This document shows, piece by piece, positions 1 to 10,241 of a stretch of DNA of 64,000 bases. Within the stretch, counting starts at the first letter, position 1. Each line of letters begins with the position of its first letter. Made by a program: the position numbers and the translations under genes. The notes beneath the pieces were generated by a model that made no database searches, had not been told where the DNA came from, and worked only from the letters and a program-made list of their open reading frames with translations. Origin of the DNA: Candidatus Omnitrophota bacterium (GTDB lineage: Bacteria; Omnitrophota; Gorgyraeia; Duberdicusellales; 4484-171); assembly GCA_041652815.1 (NCBI GenBank), contig JBAZGN010000001.1:253855-317854 (forward strand). The letters are read 5' to 3'.

Positions 1-846
1 AACATATTTGTGATCGTATCCTTTTGGTAAAGCGCCGTGTTTTCCAGAAAATCTCCTGCCACAAGTGTTATCCATGCCTGTCTTACACCAACAATCTCTG
101 CCCCAATCGCGAAACGAATTTATTATTTTATTCAATAAAAAATCGTTTGTTAAAACTGCTCCGCCTTCTCCGGTAGTTATATGATGGGCGGGATAAAATG
201 AGCACGTAGCGATGTCTCCAAATGAACCGGTTTTCTTACCCTTATACTCCGAACCCAAAGCATCACAGTTATCTTCAATTAACCATAATCTATTTTCCCT
301 ACAAATCTTTTTTACCTCTTCTACGCAAAAAGGGTTGCCTAAAGTGTGTGCGAGAAAAATGGCTTTAGTTTTTCTAGAAATGGCTTTCTTTAACCTTATT
401 ATATTTATGTTATATGTACCTAAATCAACATCTACAAAAACGGGTACCATTCTATTTTGGATAATCGGAGCAACAGTTGTGGGAAATGCTAAAGCAGTTG
501 TTATAATTTCATCGCAGGGCTTTAGCCTTCTTTGACCGAGAGAAGGTGAAGTTAGCGCTGTGATAGCTACTAAATTCGCAGATGAACCTGAATTAACAAA
601 CGATGCGTATTTAACTCCAATAAAAGCGGCTAATTTTTTTTCAAATTCTTCGGTATATCTTCCGGCGGTGAGCCAAAAGTCTAAAGAAGCATCAACGAGG
701 TTAACTAATTCTTTTTCATTATATACGCGGCCAGCGTAATTGATTTTTGATTTTAAAGGTATAAATATTTCTTTTTTATGTCCCTTTTTATACAAGTCTT
801 TAATTTTTTTAAAGATATTTTTTCTTTTAGGTAATAAATTATTCAT
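1..846 (-). CDS. DegT/DnrJ/EryC1/StrS-family PLP-dependent sugar dehydratase, RfbH/DdhC-like (CDP-4-dehydro-6-deoxyglucose 3-dehydratase). Partial: N-terminal 282 aa present, C-terminus runs off the window start.
   Basis: Minus-strand ATG at 846 (14 nt downstream of the preceding gene). Translation MNNLLPKRK...VNSGSSANLVAITAL...DWGRDCWCKTGMDNTCGRRF matches RfbH-type motifs. Not in the ORF track because no stop lies in the window. Confidence 0.6.
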   Translation of the reverse strand, partial: MNNLLPKRKNIFKKIKDLYKKGHKKEIFIPLKSKINYAGRVYNEKELVNLVDASLDFWLTAGRYTEEFEKKLAAFIGVKYASFVNSGSSANLVAITALTSPSLGQRRLKPCDEIITTALAFPTTVAPIIQNRMVPVFVDVDLGTYNINIIRLKKAISRKTKAIFLAHTLGNPFCVEEVKKICRENRLWLIEDNCDALGSEYKGKKTGSFGDIATCSFYPAHHITTGEGGAVLTNDFLLNKIINSFRDWGRDCWCKTGMDNTCGRRFSGKHGALPKGYDHKYV

Positions 847-859
847 CGCGCGTTTAAAG

Positions 860-1762
860 TTATTCTTGCCACCACTCAATAGTTTTTTTAATGCCGTCTT
901 CCAGTTTAAACTTAGGTTTCCAGCCAACTACTTCGTTAAGTTTCTTGGTATTAGCAACGGAAAAAAATGGTTCGCTTATTAAAGAGTCATTACCAATTTC
1001 AACTAAATTTCTTTTGCGCAATAAATCGGCTATTAAAAAAATAATATTTTTGATAACTGTAGGTTTGCCGGAGGCAATATTTACCGGACCCTCTACATTA
1101 CTATCCAATAAATTCACCAAGGCCGAAGCTGCATCTTCTACATAAAGATAATCTTTGATTTGTTCGCCGTTCCTACATCTAAAGTATCTGTTTCTTAATA
1201 AATTTGCTATCGCGTTGGAAACTAACTGCCGTTCGTTTTGATAATCTCCGTAAAGATAAAATATTCTCCCCCAAGCATTACTTACCCTGTTTTGTTTTAA
1301 AAAGTAAGAAAATATCTGCTGTAGGTTATTTTTACAAACTCCATATAAACTGTTCGGTTTTAACGGAGTTAGGTCTTCAACGCACGGTATACCACTCGTT
1401 CCATACTCATAACAACTCCCAACGCCTACAGCTCTTTTACCGCCCACATTAACAAAATTTATCAGGAGCTCGAGGCCTAATTGAACCCATGATATATTTT
1501 TAAAAGAACTTTTGTAATGTTTATCGGCGACATCCCAGGCAAGATGTAAAAGATGTGTTGGTTTTACCTCTGACAATAATTTTTTTTGTTTAGGAAAACA
1601 AAATAAATCGCATCTGTGCCAGAATAATCTTTTATTTTTTTCAAAAAATGGCTTATTTTTTCCAATATAAACTGCATGCACCTCATACTTCTTTTCTAAT
1701 AAAAACGGTATGGTGTGCCTTCCTATAAAACCGCTTGCTCCAGTAAGAAGTACTTTTTTCAT
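860..1762 (-). CDS. NAD(P)-dependent epimerase/dehydratase (extended SDR). Likely CDP-dideoxyhexose 4-reductase of the dideoxy-sugar pathway.
   Basis: N-terminal GASGFIGRH Rossmann motif; 300 aa; sits in an operon with the ddh-like genes. Confidence 0.7.
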   Translation of the reverse strand: MKKVLLTGASGFIGRHTIPFLLEKKYEVHAVYIGKNKPFFEKNKRLFWHRCDLFCFPKQKKLLSEVKPTHLLHLAWDVADKHYKSSFKNISWVQLGLELLINFVNVGGKRAVGVGSCYEYGTSGIPCVEDLTPLKPNSLYGVCKNNLQQIFSYFLKQNRVSNAWGRIFYLYGDYQNERQLVSNAIANLLRNRYFRCRNGEQIKDYLYVEDAASALVNLLDSNVEGPVNIASGKPTVIKNIIFLIADLLRKRNLVEIGNDSLISEPFFSVANTKKLNEVVGWKPKFKLEDGIKKTIEWWQE

Positions 1763-1765
1763 AAT

Positions 1766-2314
1766 TTAATCATTAAAATCCTGCCATTCTAAATCTTGTT
1801 TTGATATCAGCGTTGGTGATAGTGGCCATTTTATCTTAAAGGCTGGGTCGTCCCACCGTATACCAGAATAATATTCTGGAAAATAAAAATCTGACATCTG
1901 ATAAAAAATTTTAACATCGCCGGTCAATGTTTGGTATCCGTGGGCACAACCTTTAGGAACATAGATTGCTTTGGGATTTTTGCCATTTATTTTTACAGCA
2001 AACCATTTTTTAAAAGTAGCTGAGTTTGATCGTAAGTCAACGACCACGTCATAAATTGCGCCTGCTATACAAATCACAAGCTTTGCTTGCTCGTGTGGTT
2101 TTTTGTCATAATGTATTCCGCGAATTATTCCTTTGTTTTTATTTAAAGAAAGACTGCATTGTGCAATAGAAAAAATTAAACCATGCTCTCTAAATTCTTT
2201 TTGACAAAAAATGCGGGCAAAAAAACCTCGTGAATCTTCTTTTTTCTCTAATCCAATAATAAACACACCTTTTAGGTTAGTTTGAACAAATTTCATATCT
2301 TCTTCTCTAGGCAA
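1766..2314 (-). CDS. RmlC-like cupin sugar-nucleotide 3,5-epimerase (dTDP-4-dehydrorhamnose 3,5-epimerase family, AscE-like)
   Basis: 182 aa; segment FARIFCQ...HYDKKPHEQAKLVICIAGAIYDVVVDLRSNS...KGCAHGYQTL is typical of RmlC. Confidence 0.75.
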   Translation of the reverse strand: MPREEDMKFVQTNLKGVFIIGLEKKEDSRGFFARIFCQKEFREHGLIFSIAQCSLSLNKNKGIIRGIHYDKKPHEQAKLVICIAGAIYDVVVDLRSNSATFKKWFAVKINGKNPKAIYVPKGCAHGYQTLTGDVKIFYQMSDFYFPEYYSGIRWDDPAFKIKWPLSPTLISKQDLEWQDFND

Positions 2315-3297
2315 GCCTCTTTATACCATTGAATTGTCGTTAACAAAGCTCTTCTTAGATTATATGCTGGTTTCCAGCTGAGAATTCGTCTTGCTTTTTG
2401 GGACGAAAGATATTGATGTGGTATTTCATGCTTTGCTTGATTTATAATTTTATATTTTGGTTTTTTACCGACTAATTTATAAATAGTTTCTACCAACTCT
2501 AAAACTGAAAGTGGGTTTTCGTAACTAAAATTAAATGCTTCACCAGAAAGCTTTAGCTTATTAATATTTTCTGCAAGCAGTAAATAGCCTTTAACAATAT
2601 CTTTAATGTAGATGTAATCGCGTGTATATTTTCCGGTGCTACGAATAATTAAAGTCTTACCTAAAATGGCAGATCTAATAGCCTCCGGTATAATCCTAGA
2701 AAAGTTTAAATCTCCCGGGCCAAAGATATTTCCGCAGCGGGTTACACAAACAGGTAAATTATAGGTGTAAAAATAAGTGTAAGCCAATAAATCTGCACAG
2801 CTTTTTGAAACGTCATAAGGATGGCATCCTGCTAAAGAAGTATCTTCTCTGTATGGAAGCTTATCCTTAATCCCGTAGGCTTTGTCACTTGAGGCGACTA
2901 TGATACATTCTATAAATTTCTTGCCCCTCGCAGCTTCTAAAACGTTCCACGTTCCTTCGATATTAGTTTTAAAACCTCGTACCGGATTTTTTAGGGCTTC
3001 GCCCACGATTGCTTCAGCACCTACATGAAATATATCCTGTGGTTTATATCTATTAATAATTCCTTTGAGTAAAGATAAATTTGTAATCTCTCCCTTAATA
3101 GAAATTATATTTTTTCTTACGTCATTCAAGACAGACCCCGGGCGATTAACCACTTTGTCAATGCCAATGATTTTTGCTCCATTGTAAAATAAGGTTTTGG
3201 CAAGCCAAGAACCTAAAAACCCTTCATGCCCAGTTATAATAACTTTTCTTCCTTGCCAGAAATGTATGTTGTGCTTTTTAGTGCTTTTATCATGCAT
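2293..3297 (-). CDS. rfbG: CDP-glucose 4,6-dehydratase
   Basis: ITGHEGFLGSWL motif; 334 aa; directly downstream of the cytidylyltransferase gene. Confidence 0.8.
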   Translation of the reverse strand: MHDKSTKKHNIHFWQGRKVIITGHEGFLGSWLAKTLFYNGAKIIGIDKVVNRPGSVLNDVRKNIISIKGEITNLSLLKGIINRYKPQDIFHVGAEAIVGEALKNPVRGFKTNIEGTWNVLEAARGKKFIECIIVASSDKAYGIKDKLPYREDTSLAGCHPYDVSKSCADLLAYTYFYTYNLPVCVTRCGNIFGPGDLNFSRIIPEAIRSAILGKTLIIRSTGKYTRDYIYIKDIVKGYLLLAENINKLKLSGEAFNFSYENPLSVLELVETIYKLVGKKPKYKIINQAKHEIPHQYLSSQKARRILSWKPAYNLRRALLTTIQWYKEACLEKKI

Positions 3298-3298
3298 A

Positions 3299-4075
3299 TT
3301 ATTTTCCCCAAATTTTCCAAGGCGGATTACCGCTATTCCATAATTTTTCTAACTCTTGTTTATCTCTTAGGGTATCCATACACATCCAGAAATTTTTATG
3401 CCTATAGGCGCAAAGTTTACCATTTTTAGACAAAAGTTTAAGGGGTTTTTCTTCCCAGAGAGTATTATCTCCCTCAATGTAATCGAATATTTTTGGCTCC
3501 AATACAAAAAATCCGCCATTAATCCATGTTGCGTCATCCTTTGGTTTCTCATGAAAATGTGTTACTTGCCCTTTGGAATTTATTTCCAAAACACCAAATC
3601 TTCCAAACGGCTGAACGGTTGTAACCGTAGCATATTTTTTATTAGCTTTATGAAATTTTACTAATTTTTCTATATTAACATTACCGACTCCGTCGCCATA
3701 AGTAAGCATAAAGGTTTTGTTTTCTATGTAAGGCTGGATTTTTTTTATCCTACCTCCAGTCATTGTTTCGATGCCCGTATCTACTAATGTAACTTTCCAG
3801 CCTTCGGTTTTTTTATTGCAAAATTTTACGGTATTGTTTCCTGTATCTATGATAGTATCAGAGTTGTATAAACAGTAATTTGCGAAATATTGTTTAATCA
3901 TAAAGCTCTTGTAACCTAAACAAATAATAAAATCATTATAACCATAGTGGGAATAAATCTTCATTATGTGCCATAAAATCGGCCGGTCACCAATTTCTAT
4001 CATTGGTTTCGGTTTTAAATATGTTTCCTCGGATAGCCTTGAGCCAACTCCACCGGCTAAAATTACTACTTTCAT
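3299..4075 (-). CDS. rfbF: Glucose-1-phosphate cytidylyltransferase
   Basis: MKVVILAGGVGSRLSEETYLKPKPMIEIGDRPILWHIMKIYSHYG is near-canonical RfbF/DdhA. Confidence 0.85.
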   Translation of the reverse strand: MKVVILAGGVGSRLSEETYLKPKPMIEIGDRPILWHIMKIYSHYGYNDFIICLGYKSFMIKQYFANYCLYNSDTIIDTGNNTVKFCNKKTEGWKVTLVDTGIETMTGGRIKKIQPYIENKTFMLTYGDGVGNVNIEKLVKFHKANKKYATVTTVQPFGRFGVLEINSKGQVTHFHEKPKDDATWINGGFFVLEPKIFDYIEGDNTLWEEKPLKLLSKNGKLCAYRHKNFWMCMDTLRDKQELEKLWNSGNPPWKIWGK

Positions 4076-4344
4076 ATTTTATCCTCCCTTTATAATCCTT
4101 GAACGTTTGTTTTTTAAACTAAAATATGCCGGGATAATATTCGTGAGTTTTAACATACATCACAACATATCTATCATTAATTCTTTTCCTACCTAAGATG
4201 CAGAATCATTAATTAGCGCCGGGTTTGTGCCCAATTTATGCTTCGTTATCTATCGAGAAAAAACCATCAAATAATAAAAGGACGGGCCGGAATATTTTTT
4301 TTGTTTTCAAATTATACCACTTTCTGCCAGCGGAACTATTTTCA

Positions 4345-5295
4345 TTATTCAACTATCTTTTTTAAAAAGGAAAAGGACGCAATTAATAATATCTTTGCAT
4401 TATAAATAAATAAATTAAACAGTTGGAAACTTTTCATCAATTCTTTATTCATAAACAACCAGTAATTATAAATGTGCCTGTCCATATAACCTTCTCTTAT
4501 CAAATTCATAAGCAAACCTTTTGATTGGCTTGCCGCATATTTCGATACTGCGACATTGTAAAAATTATTGTCAGACAAAAATTTAACTAAGTTAACTAAA
4601 ACGAACAGCCAATCCAAATTCCTTTTTATGATATTTTTATCGCTCAACGTTAGTGAATCTTTATGTTTTCTAATATACACAAATAAATCATTTCTTACAA
4701 TGAATTTATTAGAGATAACAAAATTTCTAATATTAAAATCTATATCCTCGAATGCGCTGACGTTTTCATTGAACAATATTCTAGTACTTTCTAAAAAGTT
4801 TTTCCGCCAAAGAACATTTTGGGTGGAAACGATCTGTTTTGATAGAACATCTACAATAAAATTCTTACTAATCAGCGGTGGGGTCATCCAACGCAAATTA
4901 TTTTTTATAGAATCTTCAAAAAATGCAATTCGAGTTATGACAGAATCAACATTATTCGATACAAAAGAAGAAACTATTTCTTCATAAAAGTTTAATTGCA
5001 AGATATCATCCGAATCAAAAAAATGAATAAAATCCCCATTAGCCTTTGACAAGCCATAGTTACGAGAAGCACTAGGGCCTTTAAGTATTCCCTCGGGTTT
5101 TTTAAATATTTTTATGCGATTATCATTATCGGCAAAAGATGAAATAACATTCCACGTATCGTCAGTGCTATCATCGTCGACAACAATAGATTCCCAATTC
5201 CGATATGATTGATCCTGAATCGATTTTAATGTTTCCTGCACCAAAGAAGCCCTGTTGTAAACAGGCATGATTATTGATATTTTTGGATATTTCAT
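4345..5295 (-). CDS. Family 2 glycosyltransferase
   Basis: ISIIMPVYNRASLVQETLKSIQDQSYRNWESIVVDDDSTDDT (GT2 DxD region). Confidence 0.8.
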   Translation of the reverse strand: MKYPKISIIMPVYNRASLVQETLKSIQDQSYRNWESIVVDDDSTDDTWNVISSFADNDNRIKIFKKPEGILKGPSASRNYGLSKANGDFIHFFDSDDILQLNFYEEIVSSFVSNNVDSVITRIAFFEDSIKNNLRWMTPPLISKNFIVDVLSKQIVSTQNVLWRKNFLESTRILFNENVSAFEDIDFNIRNFVISNKFIVRNDLFVYIRKHKDSLTLSDKNIIKRNLDWLFVLVNLVKFLSDNNFYNVAVSKYAASQSKGLLMNLIREGYMDRHIYNYWLFMNKELMKSFQLFNLFIYNAKILLIASFSFLKKIVE

Positions 5296-5327
5296 TTATA
5301 TGGATAATTGGGTTTTGCTGGATAAAA

Positions 5328-6479
5328 TCACCTTAGCGCTTTTTGTAGAAAAAATGAAGCCTCTTGTTGTTTTATCTTCAGAATTTGGTTTACTCTGTCA
5401 AAATTTATTTCCGCCGCAAGCTTGTCGTCTGTCAGTTCATCCATGCCGAGAATCAGCCTATCTTCCAACCCAAACATTTTGAGTAAAGAATGAAATCTCG
5501 CCATTCCGCCGATTTCATGCCCTATCGCTAGAAATGGTTTGTTAAAAATGATAGAAAAGACACACCCATGGAATGAATCAGTTACAATAAATTCGGCATC
5601 AAAAAAACCTCGAATCCAATCCGTAACGGGCGGATAGACCCTGTCTTCAAGAGGAGCTTTGGGTGATTTTGTTTTTGCATTTACAGAGAATAGTATTAAC
5701 TTTTTCTTTTGAGCAATAACATTGGCTATCTCTCCCCTTGTTTCGTCCAACAAATAAACCATCATATTCCCCTTGCTCTTTGCAGTGTTTTCCTTTCTGC
5801 AAAGCTCCATATACTCTGAGGCGGATAATAGCATTGTCGGGTCAATAAGATGGATTGCATCTACGCCTAAATACTCTTTACAAAGCCTGACACCAGAATC
5901 CTCACGAACTGATACGGCATTGAATTTCCGTAATAAATTTGCTATTATTTTTGTCATTCTAAAGTCATATTCCCATTCATCAACCCCAAAAGAAGCTGCA
6001 TAAGCAATTCTTTTTACTTTATTAGATTTTACAAAATCTAAAAACATGGGCCTTGTCCAGAGGATACTTTTGAAGATTTCAAAAAAAGAAGGTTTATTCG
6101 GTTTTGTAAACCCCTTACGCCACACTTGATCGCTACCTACTATGTAAGCATCAAAATTATAGATATCAAGCCAATTCATGGCTTTTGCATTTTCAACCGT
6201 GGATGTAACAGGATTGATATATTTACGCACAAAACAAGCCGTATTCTGGCAAATTACTTCCATTTCGAAATTTAACCGCGCAGTTGGCATTTTTATTCCT
6301 AATATAGATTTGGCGACTGCTCTTGCTATAGTAGGAAAACTTAGGCTCTGTCTGCTCCTATTGTTGATTATCAGCCAAGCTTCGTGCCCATATTTTTTCA
6401 AATAAGTTTGCAACGCGAATGCCTGTAGTATACCGCCATAATTAAAATATAACTCTGTAGTCAGAATGCCTATTTTCAT
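5328..6479 (-). CDS. Polysaccharide pyruvyl transferase (CsaB/WcaK family)
   Basis: N-terminal MKIGILT..NYGGILQAFALQ pattern; 383 aa. Confidence 0.65.
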   Translation of the reverse strand: MKIGILTTELYFNYGGILQAFALQTYLKKYGHEAWLIINNRSRQSLSFPTIARAVAKSILGIKMPTARLNFEMEVICQNTACFVRKYINPVTSTVENAKAMNWLDIYNFDAYIVGSDQVWRKGFTKPNKPSFFEIFKSILWTRPMFLDFVKSNKVKRIAYAASFGVDEWEYDFRMTKIIANLLRKFNAVSVREDSGVRLCKEYLGVDAIHLIDPTMLLSASEYMELCRKENTAKSKGNMMVYLLDETRGEIANVIAQKKKLILFSVNAKTKSPKAPLEDRVYPPVTDWIRGFFDAEFIVTDSFHGCVFSIIFNKPFLAIGHEIGGMARFHSLLKMFGLEDRLILGMDELTDDKLAAEINFDRVNQILKIKQQEASFFLQKALR

Positions 6480-6934
6480 AACCTGTATTTGTTTGGTTTT
6501 ACTGGCAACATTAGATGCAAATTATATTCAATCTGTTCCTCTAATTCTCGCCTAATCCCAAAATACCTATCCTGGTATTAATTGAAAACATTTTCACCTT
6601 TCTTGCTGTTTATTAAAACTAGTGAGACGCCATCAATTATATCATATTCAAACTTCTGCTTTTTAGCAATCCCTCAAAAATCTCCTATTATAATGTCTCT
6701 AAGGCGCGACATCGTTGCATATCGACAGATACCGCATGACGGGCGCAAATACATATTCATAGAAAAACCTAGAAAAAATTTATCTTATGGTATGGTATTA
6801 CATATTCTCTATTGTTTTCAAAAATTAATTTGATTTTAAAGTTGCTCCATCTACTATAAAAATAGTATAAGATATTTTTCGGTTATGGTAAAGAGATAAA
6901 CTATTAAGAAATAGAATGCACAGTTTATTTTATC

Positions 6935-7777
6935 CTAAGGGGTTTTGAATAGTTTTCTTTTAATTTCTCTCAGGCAGAGTATAGCACAATAAAAATTAAA
7001 AACGAAAATTAGCTTTAAAATATATGTCAACTTTTTTGAATAAGCCAGCTCTATCTTTAACTGCTCCAACATCATTCCAAATGGATACTTAGTAGAAATT
7101 CCGTGAAGGTCATAAACGCATATATTCTGTTCAGTAAATTTAAATTTTTCTGTTCTTAAAATTCTTACTAGAAATTCAAAATCCATTCTTAACTTATATT
7201 TTTTATCAAAAAGACCATATTTTCTAAAAAGTGTTCTATTAAAAAATGTAGCTTGATGCGCCAGCATCGCTTTTTCAAAAATAGGCATATTATTATTAAG
7301 AATCTGCTTGGGCATTCTAAATTGTTGGCTAACTGCAAATCCAGAAATTATCTTATATTCTTCATTAAGTTTCCCAATAATAGCACTAATTGTCTTCAAT
7401 GTATTATCAGAAAAAAAATAATCACCGGCATTCATAAAATTTATCCAATCTCCCGAAACTAATTTGACACCCTTATTAAACGCGTCGGCGATACCTCCGT
7501 CTGGTTCACTTATCCATCTAGTGATATATTTATTATATTTTTTTATTATCTCTACACTTCTGTCTTTTGAACCACCATCTATTATAATGTATTCAAGGCT
7601 AGGATAATTCTGGTTTAGAACGCTCAGTATTGTCCTTTCTAAAAACTCAGCTTGATTGTAAGATAACGTAATTATGGAAATTTTAGGCCAGGATGGGTCT
7701 TGGTTTAAGATAATCTTCTCATCAAATAAAGGCTTTGAAATGAAATCTTTGATTTCTTGGGAAGTTGATTTTTTCAT
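6935..7777 (-). CDS. Family 2 glycosyltransferase
   Basis: PKISIITLSYNQAEFLERTILSVLNQNYPSLEYIIIDGGSKD. Confidence 0.8.
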   Translation of the reverse strand: MKKSTSQEIKDFISKPLFDEKIILNQDPSWPKISIITLSYNQAEFLERTILSVLNQNYPSLEYIIIDGGSKDRSVEIIKKYNKYITRWISEPDGGIADAFNKGVKLVSGDWINFMNAGDYFFSDNTLKTISAIIGKLNEEYKIISGFAVSQQFRMPKQILNNNMPIFEKAMLAHQATFFNRTLFRKYGLFDKKYKLRMDFEFLVRILRTEKFKFTEQNICVYDLHGISTKYPFGMMLEQLKIELAYSKKLTYILKLIFVFNFYCAILCLREIKRKLFKTP

Positions 7778-8949
7778 CTTCTAATTTTTTTTATTTCGTT
7801 TAAAACTATTTCAGCCTCTCTTAGTGCGTCGGCAACATGAATATGGGATATACAAGGCACCGGCATATTTATTTTATTCGGATATATACATCGCCAGCTG
7901 CATCCGAAACAATCCATCTTTTTAAAAATAATTTTATTTCTGCTTAAGTTACCATAAGGGAAAAACCTCCCAAAATGCCCTCCTCCCATAATACAAATAG
8001 TTGGCGTGCCCACCGCGGCAGCAAGGTGAATAATACCTGTGTCATTACCGATACATAAAATACTTTTTTTTAATATAGCAGCCAATGCTGTTAAGGTGGT
8101 CTTGCCAGTAATATCAATGATTGAAACGTTGGCAATAACTGCAATCTTTTCAGCCAGGTAACGCTCGTTATTGGAACCACTTATAACTATTTCGAGATTT
8201 TTCTCTTTTCTCAACCATGCAACCACCTGGGCATACTTTTCTAAAGGCCACATTCTATTATTGGAGCTGACTCCAGGACAAATCACAATAAATAATTTAT
8301 CATCTGTTAAGCCATTATCAAAAAGAAGTTTTTTTGTTTCCGTTTCGTCATCTACTGAAGGCGTAAAAGACGGTATGGCATTGTCGACTTTCGCCCCAAA
8401 AGCTTCAACAAATTCTTTATTTCTTTCAGTTTCAAGAATAATGCCCGGGATCGCTGGTATGATTTTTGTGTAATTTTTGTCGTTTTCCAGTTTTTCTTTT
8501 AGAGTAATGTTGCAGACATCACCATCAAATCCTATTTTTTCCGCAGCTTCTGAAAATCTGACTATATAATCACCGTTCGATTCTCTGGAATATGTTGGGT
8601 AGATTACTACATCAAATTCCTCTTCTTTTATCTTTTTCAAAAGCCTCCTTTTATATATCAAATCTCTGTTAAATTTTCTTCTATCAAATGCTATTAGCGC
8701 ATTCATTTCATCAAACCTTTTTGCAAGCTCTAAAGCTAACCGATTTACAAGAAGAGTTATATGGTAATTTGGATAAAGCATTCTGTAATATTTTAACATC
8801 GGTGAAAAGATAACGAAGTCTCCAATATTGTCAATGCGAACAATGAGTAATTTTTTTATTTTTCCATCTTTTTTTTTAAAACTTTTTACCCTATATAAAG
8901 AAAACTCAACAAGCTTGCAAAGGATGGTTCTAATAATTCTTTTCAGCAT
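7774..8949 (-). CDS. Family 9 glycosyltransferase (heptosyltransferase-like)
   Basis: LLIVRIDNIGDFVIFSPML...ICIGNDTGIIHLAAAVGTPTICIMGG is a GT9 signature; 4-nt overlap with the downstream GT2 gene. Confidence 0.7.
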   Translation of the reverse strand: MLKRIIRTILCKLVEFSLYRVKSFKKKDGKIKKLLIVRIDNIGDFVIFSPMLKYYRMLYPNYHITLLVNRLALELAKRFDEMNALIAFDRRKFNRDLIYKRRLLKKIKEEEFDVVIYPTYSRESNGDYIVRFSEAAEKIGFDGDVCNITLKEKLENDKNYTKIIPAIPGIILETERNKEFVEAFGAKVDNAIPSFTPSVDDETETKKLLFDNGLTDDKLFIVICPGVSSNNRMWPLEKYAQVVAWLRKEKNLEIVISGSNNERYLAEKIAVIANVSIIDITGKTTLTALAAILKKSILCIGNDTGIIHLAAAVGTPTICIMGGGHFGRFFPYGNLSRNKIIFKKMDCFGCSWRCIYPNKINMPVPCISHIHVADALREAEIVLNEIKKIRR

Positions 8950-8958
8950 AAGCTTATT

Positions 8959-10104
8959 TCATACTTTTTCTAGGGCTGCCATATAATCCTGATATGCTTG
9001 CCTTTTAGTACCTAAAATGGCTTCTTGATATTTTTTGCCTTCTTTAAGCAAATGTTCGAATTCAGCAAGAAGCTTTTTCGCGTCAACTTCTGAAACGAAA
9101 GCATGACGTAAACCAATTTCTTCGACCATTCGAATTCTGCTGTCGCTTCCAATAACAAAGGAGGGGCGGCCAAAACCTGCAATTGCGAAGGCAGCATGTA
9201 CCCGATTGACCACTCCGCATTTTGCTTGTGCATAAAATCGAAGATATTCTTTATGGTTTCGAGAAATAAAAATTTTTGCTTGGTGATCTATTTTTTTGGC
9301 ATCTTGCAATTCCCTCTGGTTGTGGCAGACAAAAACACAATCATACTTATCTTTGATAAGATTATAAAATGTAGAGAATGTTCTTTCCCAATAGCTTATA
9401 TTAATGTTTTGATCAAAATCGTAATGCCCCCCGCCTCGCATGTAGTTAAGACACACGTATCGCGGTTCCTGCGGTTCTATTCCAAAACGGGCAGAGGCAA
9501 AAATTGATGGGCAAGGTATAACGGGAGCATCTAAACCTAATGAGTTCAAAATCTTCTTTGCAAGTTTATCACGGATTGTTGTAACTTGAGCAAGATTATG
9601 TATTTCTCGAATATACGACGCACATCGGTCACAATTAACAAACTCGTATCCATCGCTGAAATATGCCTGGCAACTGCCAGCTGCAATATCTAAAAAAGGA
9701 ATGTGTCTTTTAATTTTCATGTAGCGTTTAATGATTAACGGTTTATACCATTCGTTATCGGCGCAATGGTTCGCCTGATGACACCAATAAACCGGTGCAC
9801 CGCTTTGGACTAAAATATCAGCGTTTAAAATTTTATCGGTATTTCTAATGATTGGAAGGCTGTCTAAAACTTTGGACAAGTAGAGCCCACTTATTCCGGG
9901 AAGTTTATCAATTGCGCGCGTCAGACCTGATGAGTAAATCCATTCAAATTCTTTTCGAACAGTAATTGGAATATGCTTGTGAATATTAAAAACTTTTATA
10001 TCGCCGAATTTTTTTTCTAAGAGATAAAGAATGCCTTCCCTGACAAAATCGTCACCAATATTATGGTTGAGAGTTGTAATAATTGCTAAATTCTTAGCCT
10101 TCAT
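8959..10104 (-). CDS. Polysaccharide pyruvyl transferase-like protein
   Basis: N-terminal LAIITTLNHNIGDDFVREGILYLL (N.GDD...EG pattern of PS_pyruv_trans); 381 aa. Confidence 0.45.
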   Translation of the reverse strand: MKAKNLAIITTLNHNIGDDFVREGILYLLEKKFGDIKVFNIHKHIPITVRKEFEWIYSSGLTRAIDKLPGISGLYLSKVLDSLPIIRNTDKILNADILVQSGAPVYWCHQANHCADNEWYKPLIIKRYMKIKRHIPFLDIAAGSCQAYFSDGYEFVNCDRCASYIREIHNLAQVTTIRDKLAKKILNSLGLDAPVIPCPSIFASARFGIEPQEPRYVCLNYMRGGGHYDFDQNINISYWERTFSTFYNLIKDKYDCVFVCHNQRELQDAKKIDHQAKIFISRNHKEYLRFYAQAKCGVVNRVHAAFAIAGFGRPSFVIGSDSRIRMVEEIGLRHAFVSEVDAKKLLAEFEHLLKEGKKYQEAILGTKRQAYQDYMAALEKV

Positions 10105-10241
10105 TTCTAATTCTATAAACCACGCCGCTTCTTAAGAAATAGCAACCGTATTTTTTCAACATTTTGATTTTAATGGTTTCTGGCGCGAGAGGCAAGCAAG
10201 GGAAAAACATCATAAAGCTCTGTACATTTTGTAGCTGAAAA

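Noticed and set aside
212-982. Plus-strand ORFs 212..535, 740..982 and 891..1145
   Set aside because: They lie antisense within the well-supported minus-strand DegT-family and epimerase genes, with low-complexity translations and no motifs. Treated as spurious.
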